Both the position numbers and the translations under genes were made by a program. 64,000 nucleotides of DNA from positions 52,793 to 116,792 of the forward strand of contig CAVJPS010000010.1 of assembly GCA_963651465.1 (NCBI GenBank), written 5' to 3'. Below, one piece after another: positions 40,142 to 50,301 of this stretch (position 1 is the first letter of the stretch; each line of letters begins with the position of its first letter). Under the pieces are notes generated by a model. The model was not told where the DNA came from. It ran no database searches and saw only the letters and a program-made list of their open reading frames with translations. The stretch comes from a bacterium (GTDB taxonomy: Bacteria; Bacillota_I; Bacilli_A; RFN20; CAG-826).

Positions 40142-40939
40142 TTATCTCCTTTTTTTGTTTTGATTGTCATGTAACATTTCATTATCAATTACTTCTTGAG
40201 CTAAGCTTAAATATGCTAAAGAGGCAGATGATTTTGGTTTATAAAGAGTAATTGGTATACCCTTTGCAGCAGCTTCTGGTAAATAAATATTACGAGGAAT
40301 TGCTGTTGTAAATGTTTTTTCTTTAAATAATTTTCTAATTTCAGTAGTGACTTCAATTGCCATTCTTGTACGAGGGTCATACATTGTAAATACAATGCCT
40401 TCAATTTCAAGATTGTGATTAAACTTATTTTGAACTTTACGCATTGTTGATAACATTTGTGAAACAGCACTCATTGCAAAATATTCACATTGAACAGGAA
40501 TTAATACTCCATTAGCAGCAGTTAAACCATTAGTATTTAATACTCCAATGGCTGGAGGACAATCAATAATAATATAGTCATATTGTTTATTAATGCGTTT
40601 AATTGCATCTCTTAAAATGTATTGAGTTTTAATACCGCCACGACCAATTTTGTCTTCGGTATTAGCAAGACGAAGGTTAGCTGGAATTACATCTAATCCT
40701 TCCATTGCTGTTTTTTTAATAACTTTATTAATATCGTATTTATTTGTTAAAACATCATAAATAGTTTTTGCCATTAAAGAAGAATCAATACCCACACCAT
40801 GAGATGAATTACCTTGTGGGTCTAAATCAATAATTAAAACAGTTCTATTTAATTTAACTAATGAAGAAGATAAATTTATAGCCGTTGTAGTCTTTGCAAC
40901 GCCACCTTTTTGGTTTGCAATAGCAATTACACGGGCCAT
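40142..40939 (-). CDS. soj: ParA/Soj family chromosome partitioning ATPase
   Basis: Deviant Walker A NQKGGVAKTTT...DLDPQGN. Start at 40939 with RBS AAGGAGTG. The ORF-track extension translates the SD. Confidence 0.8.
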   Translation of the reverse strand: MARVIAIANQKGGVAKTTTAINLSSSLVKLNRTVLIIDLDPQGNSSHGVGIDSSLMAKTIYDVLTNKYDINKVIKKTAMEGLDVIPANLRLANTEDKIGRGGIKTQYILRDAIKRINKQYDYIIIDCPPAIGVLNTNGLTAANGVLIPVQCEYFAMSAVSQMLSTMRKVQNKFNHNLEIEGIVFTMYDPRTRMAIEVTTEIRKLFKEKTFTTAIPRNIYLPEAAAKGIPITLYKPKSSASLAYLSLAQEVIDNEMLHDNQNKKRR

Positions 40940-40987
40940 ATAAATCACTCCTTTCATTTTAAATTTATATATGTTAAGTGTTTTTGA

Positions 40988-41692
40988 TTATAGTGGTTTC
41001 TTTTTAATTTGTCCATAAGGACGAGGATATTTAACAGGGAATTCATTATCTTTGTTAATAAAGATATTAATTCTATTGTCGTTTTCAGAAATAAGGTTAG
41101 TAGTTTGAATCGTTTCAACATGAGAGTTAAGAATTTTTAAACCATTTTTTGCTTCTTCAATTTCTTCTTGACCTTGTTTTCCTTTTAAAGCAATAAATGT
41201 TCCACCTACGTGAATTAAAGGCAAACATAATTCAACTAGCATATTTAATCTTGAAACGGCACGAGCAGTTACTATATCATAAAAAGATCTAGCTTCCTTT
41301 ACATAATCTTCTGCACGTTTATTTACTGTAACAATACGAGTTAAGCTTAATTCTTTAATAACGATATTTAAGAAATTTACTCTCTTTTCAGTAGGTTCAA
41401 GTAAAGTAACAAATAAATCTGGGAAAACAATTTTTAATGGTATGCCTGGAAAACCAGCACCAGTACCAACATCAATTAATGATTGTTCTTCAAATTTAAA
41501 TTGCTTTGCTACTAATAAAGAATCATAGAAATGCTTTTCGATTATTTCTTCTTCGGTTTTTAAAGCAGTAAGATTGATTTTTTCATTCCACTCCATTAAT
41601 AAAGTAAGATACTTTTGAAATTGATTTAACATTTCATCAGTAACTTCTATACCGTCTTTATATAAATAATCTTGCATTTGTTTAAGATTCAT
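40988..41692 (-). CDS. rsmG: 16S rRNA (guanine527-N7)-methyltransferase
   Basis: GidB fold with SAM motif DVGTGAGFPGIPL. 234 aa. Confidence 0.9.
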   Translation of the reverse strand: MNLKQMQDYLYKDGIEVTDEMLNQFQKYLTLLMEWNEKINLTALKTEEEIIEKHFYDSLLVAKQFKFEEQSLIDVGTGAGFPGIPLKIVFPDLFVTLLEPTEKRVNFLNIVIKELSLTRIVTVNKRAEDYVKEARSFYDIVTARAVSRLNMLVELCLPLIHVGGTFIALKGKQGQEEIEEAKNGLKILNSHVETIQTTNLISENDNRINIFINKDNEFPVKYPRPYGQIKKKPL

Positions 41693-41694
41693 AA

Positions 41695-43563
41695 TTACTT
41701 TCCTTTTTTTATATTCATAATAAGAATATTTATATCACTTGGGTTAACACCTGAAATACGAGATGCTTGACCAATTGTTAATGGTTGAATTTTAGTGAAT
41801 TTTTGACGAGCTTCAATAGCTAATCCATCCATATTCATATAGTCAATATTAGAAGGAATCTTCATTTCTTCTAATTTTATTGCATTACGAGCATCACGTT
41901 TTTGCTTTTCAATGTATCCCTCATATTTTACCATAGTTTCTAATTCAAAAACACCAGAATCATCTAATTCGTATGATTGTAATTCAGGAATATATTTTAC
42001 AAGTTCTCGATAACTAACATTTTGGCGACGCAATAAATCTAAGGCAGAAATACCTGCTTTTAAAGGTTCATATCCCACAGTTTCTAAATATGAACTTAAG
42101 TCGTAATCAGTTGCACCGAAGAAAATATTTGGTAGAACATTAATGATATTTTCAATATTTTCTTTTTTCTTTAAAAAATCTTTATAACGTTCTTCACTTA
42201 TTAAACCAACATCATAGCCATGTTTTGTTAAACGTAAATCAGCGTTATCGTGTCTCATTAATAAACGATATTCAGCACGAGAAGATAATAATCTATAAGG
42301 CTCTTGAGTTCCTTTAGTTACTAAGTCATCAATCATAACACCAATATATGCTTCATCACGACGTAGAATTAAAGGGTCTTTTCCTAATACTTTCATTGCT
42401 GCATTGATACCAGCCATTAAACCTAAGCCAGCAGCTTCTTCATATCCGGAAGTACCAATAATTTGACCCGCGCAGAATAAGCCTGGCCATTTCTTCATTT
42501 CAAGGGATGCATAAAATTGAGTAGGAATTAATGCATCGTATTCAATTGCGTAAGCATATTTTAAAATTTCACAATTTTCTAATCCGGGTAAACTACGAAT
42601 CATTTTATCTTGAACTTCAATTGGCATCGAAGTTGAAAAACCTTGTAAATAAATTGAATTCATTTGTTTTGATTCAGGTTCTAAAAATAATTGATGTCTT
42701 TCTTTATCTGCAAAACGAATAATTTTATCTTCAATTGAAGGGCAATAACGTGGACCTACTCCTTTAATTAATCCACTATACATTGCACTTTCTTTAATAT
42801 GTTCACGAATAATTTCATGTGTTTTAGGTGTCGTATAAATTAACCAACATAAGCATTGTTCCTCAAAAGGTTTAAACTCTTTTGTAGTATAAGAAAATGC
42901 TAGATTTCCAGGAGTACCATATTGTGGTTCAGCTTTAGAGTAATCAATTGTATCATCCTTAATACGTGGTGGAGTACCAGTTTTAAGTCTAAATAATTCA
43001 ATACCCATTGAAGCTAGATAAGGTGATAAACCAATGGATGGTTTCTCTCCATCTGGTCCAGCTGATACTGATGAATGCCCACGTAAAATACATGATTCCA
43101 TATATGTACCAGTTGTTAAAACAACAGAGGTTGCAGTAATTTTTTCTTCACCTAAAACAACACCAAAAACTTTATTATCGTCATGTAATAAAGCTGTAAC
43201 CATACCTTCTTTAACAGTAAGATTAGGTGTATTTAAAGCAAGATTTTGCATGAAAGCAGGATATGATTTTTTATCTTCTTGAGCACGTAAACATTGAACA
43301 CCAGGGCCTTTACCTGTATTTAACATTTTAATTTGTAAATACTCATGATCAGCACCTATGCCCATCATTCCACCGAGAGCGTCAACTTCACGAACAACAA
43401 TACCTTTTGCACTACCACCAATAGATGGGTTACAAGGCATATTTGACATCATTTTAATATTTAAACTAATTAATAAAGTACGAACACCAATATGAGCACT
43501 TGCTAAAGCAGCTTCCATACCAGCGTGTCCTCCTCCGACTACTATAACATCATAATCGTACAT
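41695..43563 (-). CDS. mnmG: tRNA uridine 5-carboxymethylaminomethyl modification enzyme MnmG (GidA)
   Basis: YDVIVVGGGHAG FAD motif, full-length GidA. Start could be ATG 43563 or GTG 43575. Confidence 0.85.
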   Translation of the reverse strand: MYDYDVIVVGGGHAGMEAALASAHIGVRTLLISLNIKMMSNMPCNPSIGGSAKGIVVREVDALGGMMGIGADHEYLQIKMLNTGKGPGVQCLRAQEDKKSYPAFMQNLALNTPNLTVKEGMVTALLHDDNKVFGVVLGEEKITATSVVLTTGTYMESCILRGHSSVSAGPDGEKPSIGLSPYLASMGIELFRLKTGTPPRIKDDTIDYSKAEPQYGTPGNLAFSYTTKEFKPFEEQCLCWLIYTTPKTHEIIREHIKESAMYSGLIKGVGPRYCPSIEDKIIRFADKERHQLFLEPESKQMNSIYLQGFSTSMPIEVQDKMIRSLPGLENCEILKYAYAIEYDALIPTQFYASLEMKKWPGLFCAGQIIGTSGYEEAAGLGLMAGINAAMKVLGKDPLILRRDEAYIGVMIDDLVTKGTQEPYRLLSSRAEYRLLMRHDNADLRLTKHGYDVGLISEERYKDFLKKKENIENIINVLPNIFFGATDYDLSSYLETVGYEPLKAGISALDLLRRQNVSYRELVKYIPELQSYELDDSGVFELETMVKYEGYIEKQKRDARNAIKLEEMKIPSNIDYMNMDGLAIEARQKFTKIQPLTIGQASRISGVNPSDINILIMNIKKGK

Positions 43564-43564
43564 A

Positions 43565-44965
43565 TTAGCCAACACTTCCCTCCATGTCCATTTTAATAAG
43601 TTGATTTAATTCAACAGCATATTCCATAGGTAATTCACGTGAGAATGGTTCAATAAAGCCCATAACAATCATTTGAGTTGCGTCTTTTTCACTAATTCCA
43701 CGTGACATTAAATAGAACAATTGTTCCTCATTAATTTTTGAAACTGTTGCTTCATGTTCAACATAGGACTCGTTATTTTCCATAACATTCGTAGGAATTG
43801 TATCACTTTTTGATTTATCGTCAAGAATTAAAGTATCACATTCTACATGTGATTTTGAATTTAATGCATTTTTACCAATATAAACTTTACCACGATAGTT
43901 AGCTACACCACCGTTACGAACAATAGATTTTGAGATAATACTAGAACTTGTATTAGGAGCAAGATGTATCATTTTTGCACCAGCATCTTGATATTGACCA
44001 TTGGCAGCAAAAGCTACAGAAATACAAGTACCTTTTGCTCCTTCACCAGCTAAAATACAAGCAGGATATTTCATATTAACTTGTGAACCGATGTTACCAT
44101 CAATCCATTCCATTTGAGCATTTTCAAAACATTTAGCACGTTTAGTAACTAAATTTACGATATTATTAGACCAGTTTTGAACTGTTGAATATCGACACTT
44201 GCCATCTTTTAAAATAACAATCTCAACAACAGCAGCGTGTAATGACTCTTTACTATATATAGGAGCAGTACATCCCTCAACATAATGAACATCAGCGCCT
44301 TCATCAACAATAATTAAAGTACGTTCAAATTGACCTGATTTTTCATTATTAATACGGAAATAAGATTGAAGGGGTTTATCTAATTTAACACCTTTTGGAA
44401 CATAAATGAATGATCCGCCAGACCATACAGCACCATTTAAAGCACTAAACTTATTATCTTCCATTGGTATTACAGTATTAAAATACTTTTTAAATAAATC
44501 AGGATACATTTTTAATGCAGTATCGGTATCTAAGAAAATAACACCTTTATCTGCAACTTCCTTTAGCATATTTCCGTAAACAGCTTCAGATTCATATTGA
44601 GTATGAACACCAGCTAAATATTTTTGTTCTGCTTCAGGAATGCCTAATTTATCAAAAGTATTACGAATAGTTTCAGGAACATCGTCCCATGAATTTTCTA
44701 CTTTAGCACTAGGTCTAATAAAATAAGTATATGAATCAAAATCAAGATTACTTAGGTCAGGACCAAAAGATGGTAATGGCATACTTTGGAATTTTTTTAA
44801 TGCTTGAAGACGAAATTCTAACATCCATTCAGGTTCGTTTTTTAATTTGGAAATTTCTCTTACAACTTTTTCATTTAATCCTTTGCCAGTGTTTAAAATC
44901 GAAACATCTTCGTTTTTAAATCCATATTTATAATCTTCAGAAGGTAAATCTTTATTATCAACCAT
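43565..44965 (-). CDS. sufB: Fe-S cluster assembly protein SufB
   Basis: Full-length SufB beta-helix protein. Start at 44965 with RBS GAGGAGGG. Confidence 0.9.
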   Translation of the reverse strand: MVDNKDLPSEDYKYGFKNEDVSILNTGKGLNEKVVREISKLKNEPEWMLEFRLQALKKFQSMPLPSFGPDLSNLDFDSYTYFIRPSAKVENSWDDVPETIRNTFDKLGIPEAEQKYLAGVHTQYESEAVYGNMLKEVADKGVIFLDTDTALKMYPDLFKKYFNTVIPMEDNKFSALNGAVWSGGSFIYVPKGVKLDKPLQSYFRINNEKSGQFERTLIIVDEGADVHYVEGCTAPIYSKESLHAAVVEIVILKDGKCRYSTVQNWSNNIVNLVTKRAKCFENAQMEWIDGNIGSQVNMKYPACILAGEGAKGTCISVAFAANGQYQDAGAKMIHLAPNTSSSIISKSIVRNGGVANYRGKVYIGKNALNSKSHVECDTLILDDKSKSDTIPTNVMENNESYVEHEATVSKINEEQLFYLMSRGISEKDATQMIVMGFIEPFSRELPMEYAVELNQLIKMDMEGSVG

Positions 44966-44966
44966 T

Positions 44967-45410
44967 TTATTTACCCTCCTCAATTTCATTTATAATACTA
45001 GTTAAACCACGCCAACCGATAGTAGCACAACCGATACGAGAAGCTTGTTTTGAAGTATTTGCAAAACAAGTAGCTTCTTGTAAGCTTTCGTCATCGTATT
45101 CTTCTTCGTGAATCATACGTGAGAATTGGTCGCATAAATATTTAGCTTCTTCGATTGTTTTATCTTTTAATAATTCAGTCATAATTGAAGTTGATGCAGT
45201 TGAAATAGTACAAGCTACACCATTAAAAGCGACATCCTTAAAAATGCCATCTTCAAATAAAACATATACATAAATATCGTCAACACATGAAGCAGAATCC
45301 ATGTGGATTTTTTTATAACGAGGATCAGTAACTTCTCTTTTATTACGAGGATTAGTATAGTGGTCCATAATTATTTGACGCATCATCATAGGGTTAAGCA
45401 AAATACGCAT
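44967..45410 (-). CDS. sufU: SufU (IscU-like) sulfur acceptor/scaffold
   Basis: [11 protein letters not shown], conserved Cys triad (C..D..C..C). RBS GGAGGTGA 9 nt upstream of ATG 45410. Confidence 0.85.
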   Translation of the reverse strand: MRILLNPMMMRQIIMDHYTNPRNKREVTDPRYKKIHMDSASCVDDIYVYVLFEDGIFKDVAFNGVACTISTASTSIMTELLKDKTIEEAKYLCDQFSRMIHEEEYDDESLQEATCFANTSKQASRIGCATIGWRGLTSIINEIEEGK

Positions 45411-46626
45411 CTAAGAAGTCACCTCCAGTTTTACATGCTTCTACTAAAGCATCGATTTCTTCTTTTGTATTGTACAAATATAAACTCATTCTACATGTTG
45501 CAGGAGTATTTAAAAAATGTGGTAAGGCTTTTGCACAATGTAATCCACTGCGAACACAAATACCTTTATAATTTAAATATGTTGCAGCATCTTGTGCAAA
45601 TACGTTTTTTATATTAAAAGTAATAATACCTGATTCAGCATTTTCATTATAAATAATAACGTTATCAAGTTTCTTTAATTTATTTATAGCATATTCACGT
45701 AATTCAAGTTCATATTTATGAATATTTTCTAATCCAATATCATTCAAAAAATCAATTGCTTTTGCCAAAGCTAAAACACCTTCAATATTTGGAGTACCTG
45801 CTTCATATTTAAAAGGAGGTTCGCTATAAGAAACATTTCCATTACTGTCAAAACGTGTATTCATTCCACCACCAGTTTGGTATACACTCATTTCTTTTAA
45901 TAAATCAAGACGAGCATATAAGACACCTAAGCCAGTAGGGCCACACATTTTATGAGCTGAGAAAGCTAAGAAATCACAATCTAAATCTTTAACATCAGTT
46001 TTTAAATGTGGAACACTTTGAGCTCCGTCACAAACAACAATAATATTGTTTTTATGAGCTAACTTGATAATTTCTTTTGCTGGTGCAAGATAACCTAAAA
46101 CATTAGTTACAATTGCAAAAGAAATAATTTTTGTTTTTGAAGTAATTGTTTTTTCAATATTTTCTGTTGTTAATCTTCCTTCTTTTGATAAAGGAATAAA
46201 TTTAACAACAGCGCCTGTTGCTTTTGCAACTTCATACCACGGTAAAATATTACTTGCGTGTTCAGCCTCATTTAATAAAATTTCATCATCTTTTTTTAAG
46301 GTCTTCAAAGCATAACTATATGCTATAAGATTTAAAGAAGCAGTAGTTCCAGCCGTGAAAATAACTTCTTCTTTTGAAGAATTAATAAATTTTGCAACTG
46401 TTTCTCTTGCGTTTTCAAATTTAACATCTACATTGTGAGCTAAATCATAATCACCACGATGAGAGTTAGCACAGTAATTACTATAATAATCTTGAATAGC
46501 ACCAAGAACTGAATTCGGTTTAAAAGTAGTAGCACTATTATCAAGATAAACTAATTTATGTCCTTGCATGGTTTTTTCACCATCAAACATCGCAAATTCT
46601 TTTCTTATTTTTTCTACATCGTACAT
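45394..46626 (-). CDS. sufS: Cysteine desulfurase SufS (PLP-dependent)
   Basis: Class V aminotransferase fold, active-site SAHKMCGPTG and C-terminal Cys (RSGLHCA). Start at 46626 with RBS AAAGGAGA. Confidence 0.9.
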   Translation of the reverse strand: MYDVEKIRKEFAMFDGEKTMQGHKLVYLDNSATTFKPNSVLGAIQDYYSNYCANSHRGDYDLAHNVDVKFENARETVAKFINSSKEEVIFTAGTTASLNLIAYSYALKTLKKDDEILLNEAEHASNILPWYEVAKATGAVVKFIPLSKEGRLTTENIEKTITSKTKIISFAIVTNVLGYLAPAKEIIKLAHKNNIIVVCDGAQSVPHLKTDVKDLDCDFLAFSAHKMCGPTGLGVLYARLDLLKEMSVYQTGGGMNTRFDSNGNVSYSEPPFKYEAGTPNIEGVLALAKAIDFLNDIGLENIHKYELELREYAINKLKKLDNVIIYNENAESGIITFNIKNVFAQDAATYLNYKGICVRSGLHCAKALPHFLNTPATCRMSLYLYNTKEEIDALVEACKTGGDFLDAYFA

Positions 46627-46627
46627 A

Positions 46628-47446
46628 TTAAATTCTCCTTTCAATTGCATTAGCAATAGCAGAAGATATATTTTCATCATCAAAATATTTAATGATTGGA
46701 TTCAAATAACCGAGTGTAATGATTCTTTTTGCTTCTTCGTTAGACAAACCACGTGACATTAAATAGAATAAATGTTCATCACTTACTTTACCTACACAAG
46801 CAGCATGAGAAGCTTCAACATCGTTTTCGTCAATTTTTAAAATAGGCAACGCTTTTGCAGTACAGTTTTTATCAAAAACCATAATCTTAGCATTTTGGTG
46901 AGTTTTAGCACCTTTAGAATCTTTTTTAATATGGCCAATACCACTAAAAATAAGAGTCGAATTATTTTCACAAACTCCGTAATTGTTCATCATTGCAGTT
47001 GTATGACTTACATTATGCGTAAATGAAACATCAAATTCCTTTTTGTCAGTACCAGAAGTTAATGAAGCTAAATGCCAATTAACTGAAGCATTTTCACCAT
47101 TAAGATTAAAATTAAATAAACATTTTTTATTGCCTTTATCAAAATCAGCATAAGCTGCTTCGACATGACAAAAAGCTTCAAGTGAAAACTCGTAATTGTT
47201 GTCACTTGCGTTATCAAGACTACAAATTGTAAGTTTTAACTTACTACCTTCTTTTAAAATATATTTAATTTTACGACTTAATTTATTTCCATTTTCTAGA
47301 ACTTGAACAAATGAATTTGAAGGTATAACAAATTCAATTGCTTCAACTTCTAATTCATTCCAGTTAATAACATAGTTATTATCGTTTTCTAATGTAAATG
47401 ATTTTAAATTAGAAATAAAGTCGTTATTAATTACTACCTTATTCAT
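46628..47446 (-). CDS. sufD: Fe-S cluster assembly protein SufD (short form)
   Basis: Beta-helix SufBD-family protein at the sufD position in the sufCDSUB operon. 272 aa. Confidence 0.75.
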   Translation of the reverse strand: MNKVVINNDFISNLKSFTLENDNNYVINWNELEVEAIEFVIPSNSFVQVLENGNKLSRKIKYILKEGSKLKLTICSLDNASDNNYEFSLEAFCHVEAAYADFDKGNKKCLFNFNLNGENASVNWHLASLTSGTDKKEFDVSFTHNVSHTTAMMNNYGVCENNSTLIFSGIGHIKKDSKGAKTHQNAKIMVFDKNCTAKALPILKIDENDVEASHAACVGKVSDEHLFYLMSRGLSNEEAKRIITLGYLNPIIKYFDDENISSAIANAIERRI

Positions 47447-48266
47447 TTTTTAAAGCTTCCTTTGTTGCACATGATCCAATTGAAACAGTATTCATACCAG
47501 TATCTTCTTTTTCAATTTTGATACCATATTCTTTTCTGATCCATTCGTAACCCGATGTATCAATTTTCTTAATTATTTCTGGTCCACCTTCAACAGCAAC
47601 ACGACCATTAATAATAACAGCAGCACGAGTTGGATGAATTAAATCATATAAACGTGCATAGTGAGAAATAATTAAGAAAGTATTTTGTTTGTTTTCTTGT
47701 AATTTGTTAATTGCATCAGAAACAACTTGAATTGCGTCAACGTCAAGACCACTATCAATTTCATCAAGCATAGCAACAGTTGGTTCTAATAATAGCATTT
47801 GAAGAATTTCGTTACGTTTCTTTTCACCACCAGAAAAGCCTTCATTTAGTGATCTATTAGCTAAATCAAGTGGCATTTTAACTTCATCACATGCCGAATT
47901 AAGTTTTTTATAGAATTCAAATAATGTCATAGGTTTTTCACGACGTACATTCATTGCAGCTTTTAAGAAATCAGCGTTAACAACTCCAGGTATTTCACTT
48001 GGTAATTGCATTCCTAAAAATAAACCTGCTTTTGATCTTTCATCAATTGACATTGAAAGAACGTCTTTTCCATCCAAAATAATTTGTCCCTTTGTAACTT
48101 TATATTTTGGATGACCCATAATTGCGTTTAATAATGTTGACTTACCATGACCGTTAGGGCCTAATAATGCAACGGTCTCACCATCATTAATTTTAAGATT
48201 AATTCCCTTTAAAATTTCTTTGTTTTCTACACTCACGTGTAAATCTAAAATTTGTAATGTTCCCAT
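47439..48266 (-). CDS. sufC: Fe-S cluster assembly ATPase SufC
   Basis: GPNGHGKSTL Walker A, LNEGFSGGEKKR signature. 275 aa. Confidence 0.9.
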   Translation of the reverse strand: MGTLQILDLHVSVENKEILKGINLKINDGETVALLGPNGHGKSTLLNAIMGHPKYKVTKGQIILDGKDVLSMSIDERSKAGLFLGMQLPSEIPGVVNADFLKAAMNVRREKPMTLFEFYKKLNSACDEVKMPLDLANRSLNEGFSGGEKKRNEILQMLLLEPTVAMLDEIDSGLDVDAIQVVSDAINKLQENKQNTFLIISHYARLYDLIHPTRAAVIINGRVAVEGGPEIIKKIDTSGYEWIRKEYGIKIEKEDTGMNTVSIGSCATKEALKNE

Positions 48267-48507
48267 AGTATCACTCCAATGCTATGTTATTTTATAACAA
48301 ATTGCGTATTAAAACAAATGAAACGATATAAAATTATATTTTTTAAATATAAAAATAACCATTCTTTTTTAATAATCGTAATCTTATGTAACAATTTTTT
48401 TCTACACGTGTGTGCGTATGCGTAAAAATTATCAAAATGTCTTGTGTTTAATTTATAAATTAAGTAAAATGAATATGCTATATTTTTATAAGGGAGGCAC
48501 ACTGTTT

Positions 48508-50301
48508 ATGAAAAATAAACTCATTTCTCTTGGACTCATAGCTGGTTTCTCATTAGCTGCATTATCTTCATGTAGTGCTGAGTATACCTACTTAAAAAAA
48601 GGCAATGACCAAGTGATATTAACAATAGGTGGCGAAGACATTACAGTTGAACAGTTATTAGCTGACTACAAAACAACTAACTCCACCGGTATTGAAGCTT
48701 ACTATAATGCTATTAGCGAAGTATTAGTAAGAAAAGCTTCAGAAGAATACGCAAAAACATCAGAATGTACTACTTATGTTGATGCAAAAGTAACTGCATT
48801 AAAAGAAAATGCAAAAGAAAGCGCTGATTCAAACGGTACTTCATACAAAGAAGAATTAAATTCTGCTTTAAAAAATGAAGGTGTCGAAGATTTAGATGCT
48901 TATAAAGATAAAGTTAAATACGAAAAATTACAAGATCATTTACAAGATGAATACTATGACAACCACAAATCTGAAATGTTAGAAGACTACATCAATACAG
49001 TTCTTCCATATCATGTTCGTCATTTATTAGTTAAAACATCTGCATCTAATGATTTAGCTAATTACACAATTTCATCATCTGAAGCTGTTAAATTAGCAAC
49101 ATCTGTTAGACGTTTAGCAAACTTAAATGCTGATGGTACTGCAAAAGCAACTACTGAAACATTTGGTCAAGTTGCTAAAGAAATGTCAGAAGACGAAACA
49201 TCTGCAAAACAATATGGTGATTTAGGTATCATGACAACTAAGACATCTTACGTCAATGAATTTAAATTAGGTATTTACGCATATGAAGCATTATATTCTG
49301 CAAAAACAAATGCAAGAGCTTCATACTTAACTGATAACACTAAAGACTCATCAGGTGAAGAAAGCTATTTAAAGAACAACACTTATGCTATTCCTACTGA
49401 ATACCAAAATGCTGTTTCAACTAGAACAGAAACTATTAACGATTACAAATTTGTTTCGGGCACTTCTGAAACTGATGAAGTAAAAGAATCAATTACTCTT
49501 ACAAGAAGAGAAAATGGTATTGGTTATATTCCATTTGAATATTCTCAATTACTTGAAACTTACAAAGATACAGAAAAAACAAAAGAAGGTAAATTAGTTA
49601 ACGACGGTGATTCAACATATTACCCACGTAATATTATCTTCTCTACATTCTTTAACGATCACGGTATCAACGTAATTACAAATGATACAGAAGTTGGTAA
49701 TTTCAAAATTATCGATGGATTATTTGATAATCGTCCAGTTTTATGTGCTGATGGTGATGTTAATAAAGTAATCTTAGTTACACGTGCAAGTTCTTCATAT
49801 GAAGGTGTTCACTTCATGGTAATTGAAAAATCTCCAATTACAAATACAATTGAAGCTTTAAAGAATTACTACAACGACAAAACATCTGAAAACTTAAATA
49901 AAGGTACTGATGAAGAAAAAGCATTAATCGGTAACACATTCGTTACATACTTTACTTCAACAAGTTCAAGTACTGAATCAACACGTTCTACAACTGTTAA
50001 AGAAGAAATTAAAGGTTATGATTCAAACTTAGATGCAAAAATCTTTAAGTTCTATTTAAATGAATGTAATGCAACAATTGCTGATGATGATATCGCTAAA
50101 TCTATCGACAATTACATTACATATACTGAAGCAAGTACAAAGAGCTCAAATATTACAAGTAACGAAGATGCTTGGAAAGAATATATTCGTTTATTAGCTG
50201 AACAAGATATCGAAGTTGAAGCTGATAGACATTCATTATACGCTGCTTCTAAATTTACAAATGGTTATTGGAAAGGAGATGGCTGTTACCATGAAAAATA
50301 A
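48508..50301 (+). CDS. Large lipoprotein with PpiC/parvulin (PrsA-like foldase) domain and long C-terminal extension
   Basis: RBS AGGGAGG. Signal peptide plus lipobox LSSC. Central parvulin signature (HVRHLLV...SEDETSAKQYGDLGIMTT...VNEFKLGIYA). About 300 extra C-terminal residues of unknown fold. Confidence 0.65.
   Translation: MKNKLISLGLIAGFSLAALSSCSAEYTYLKKGNDQVILTIGGEDITVEQLLADYKTTNSTGIEAYYNAISEVLVRKASEEYAKTSECTTYVDAKVTALKENAKESADSNGTSYKEELNSALKNEGVEDLDAYKDKVKYEKLQDHLQDEYYDNHKSEMLEDYINTVLPYHVRHLLVKTSASNDLANYTISSSEAVKLATSVRRLANLNADGTAKATTETFGQVAKEMSEDETSAKQYGDLGIMTTKTSYVNEFKLGIYAYEALYSAKTNARASYLTDNTKDSSGEESYLKNNTYAIPTEYQNAVSTRTETINDYKFVSGTSETDEVKESITLTRRENGIGYIPFEYSQLLETYKDTEKTKEGKLVNDGDSTYYPRNIIFSTFFNDHGINVITNDTEVGNFKIIDGLFDNRPVLCADGDVNKVILVTRASSSYEGVHFMVIEKSPITNTIEALKNYYNDKTSENLNKGTDEEKALIGNTFVTYFTSTSSSTESTRSTTVKEEIKGYDSNLDAKIFKFYLNECNATIADDDIAKSIDNYITYTEASTKSSNITSNEDAWKEYIRLLAEQDIEVEADRHSLYAASKFTNGYWKGDGCYHEK

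Noticed and set aside
41695-43575. GTG at 43575 as the mnmG start
   Set aside because: It lies only 3 nt after GGAGG. ATG 43563 was preferred, though its spacing of about 15 nt is long, so the start remains uncertain.
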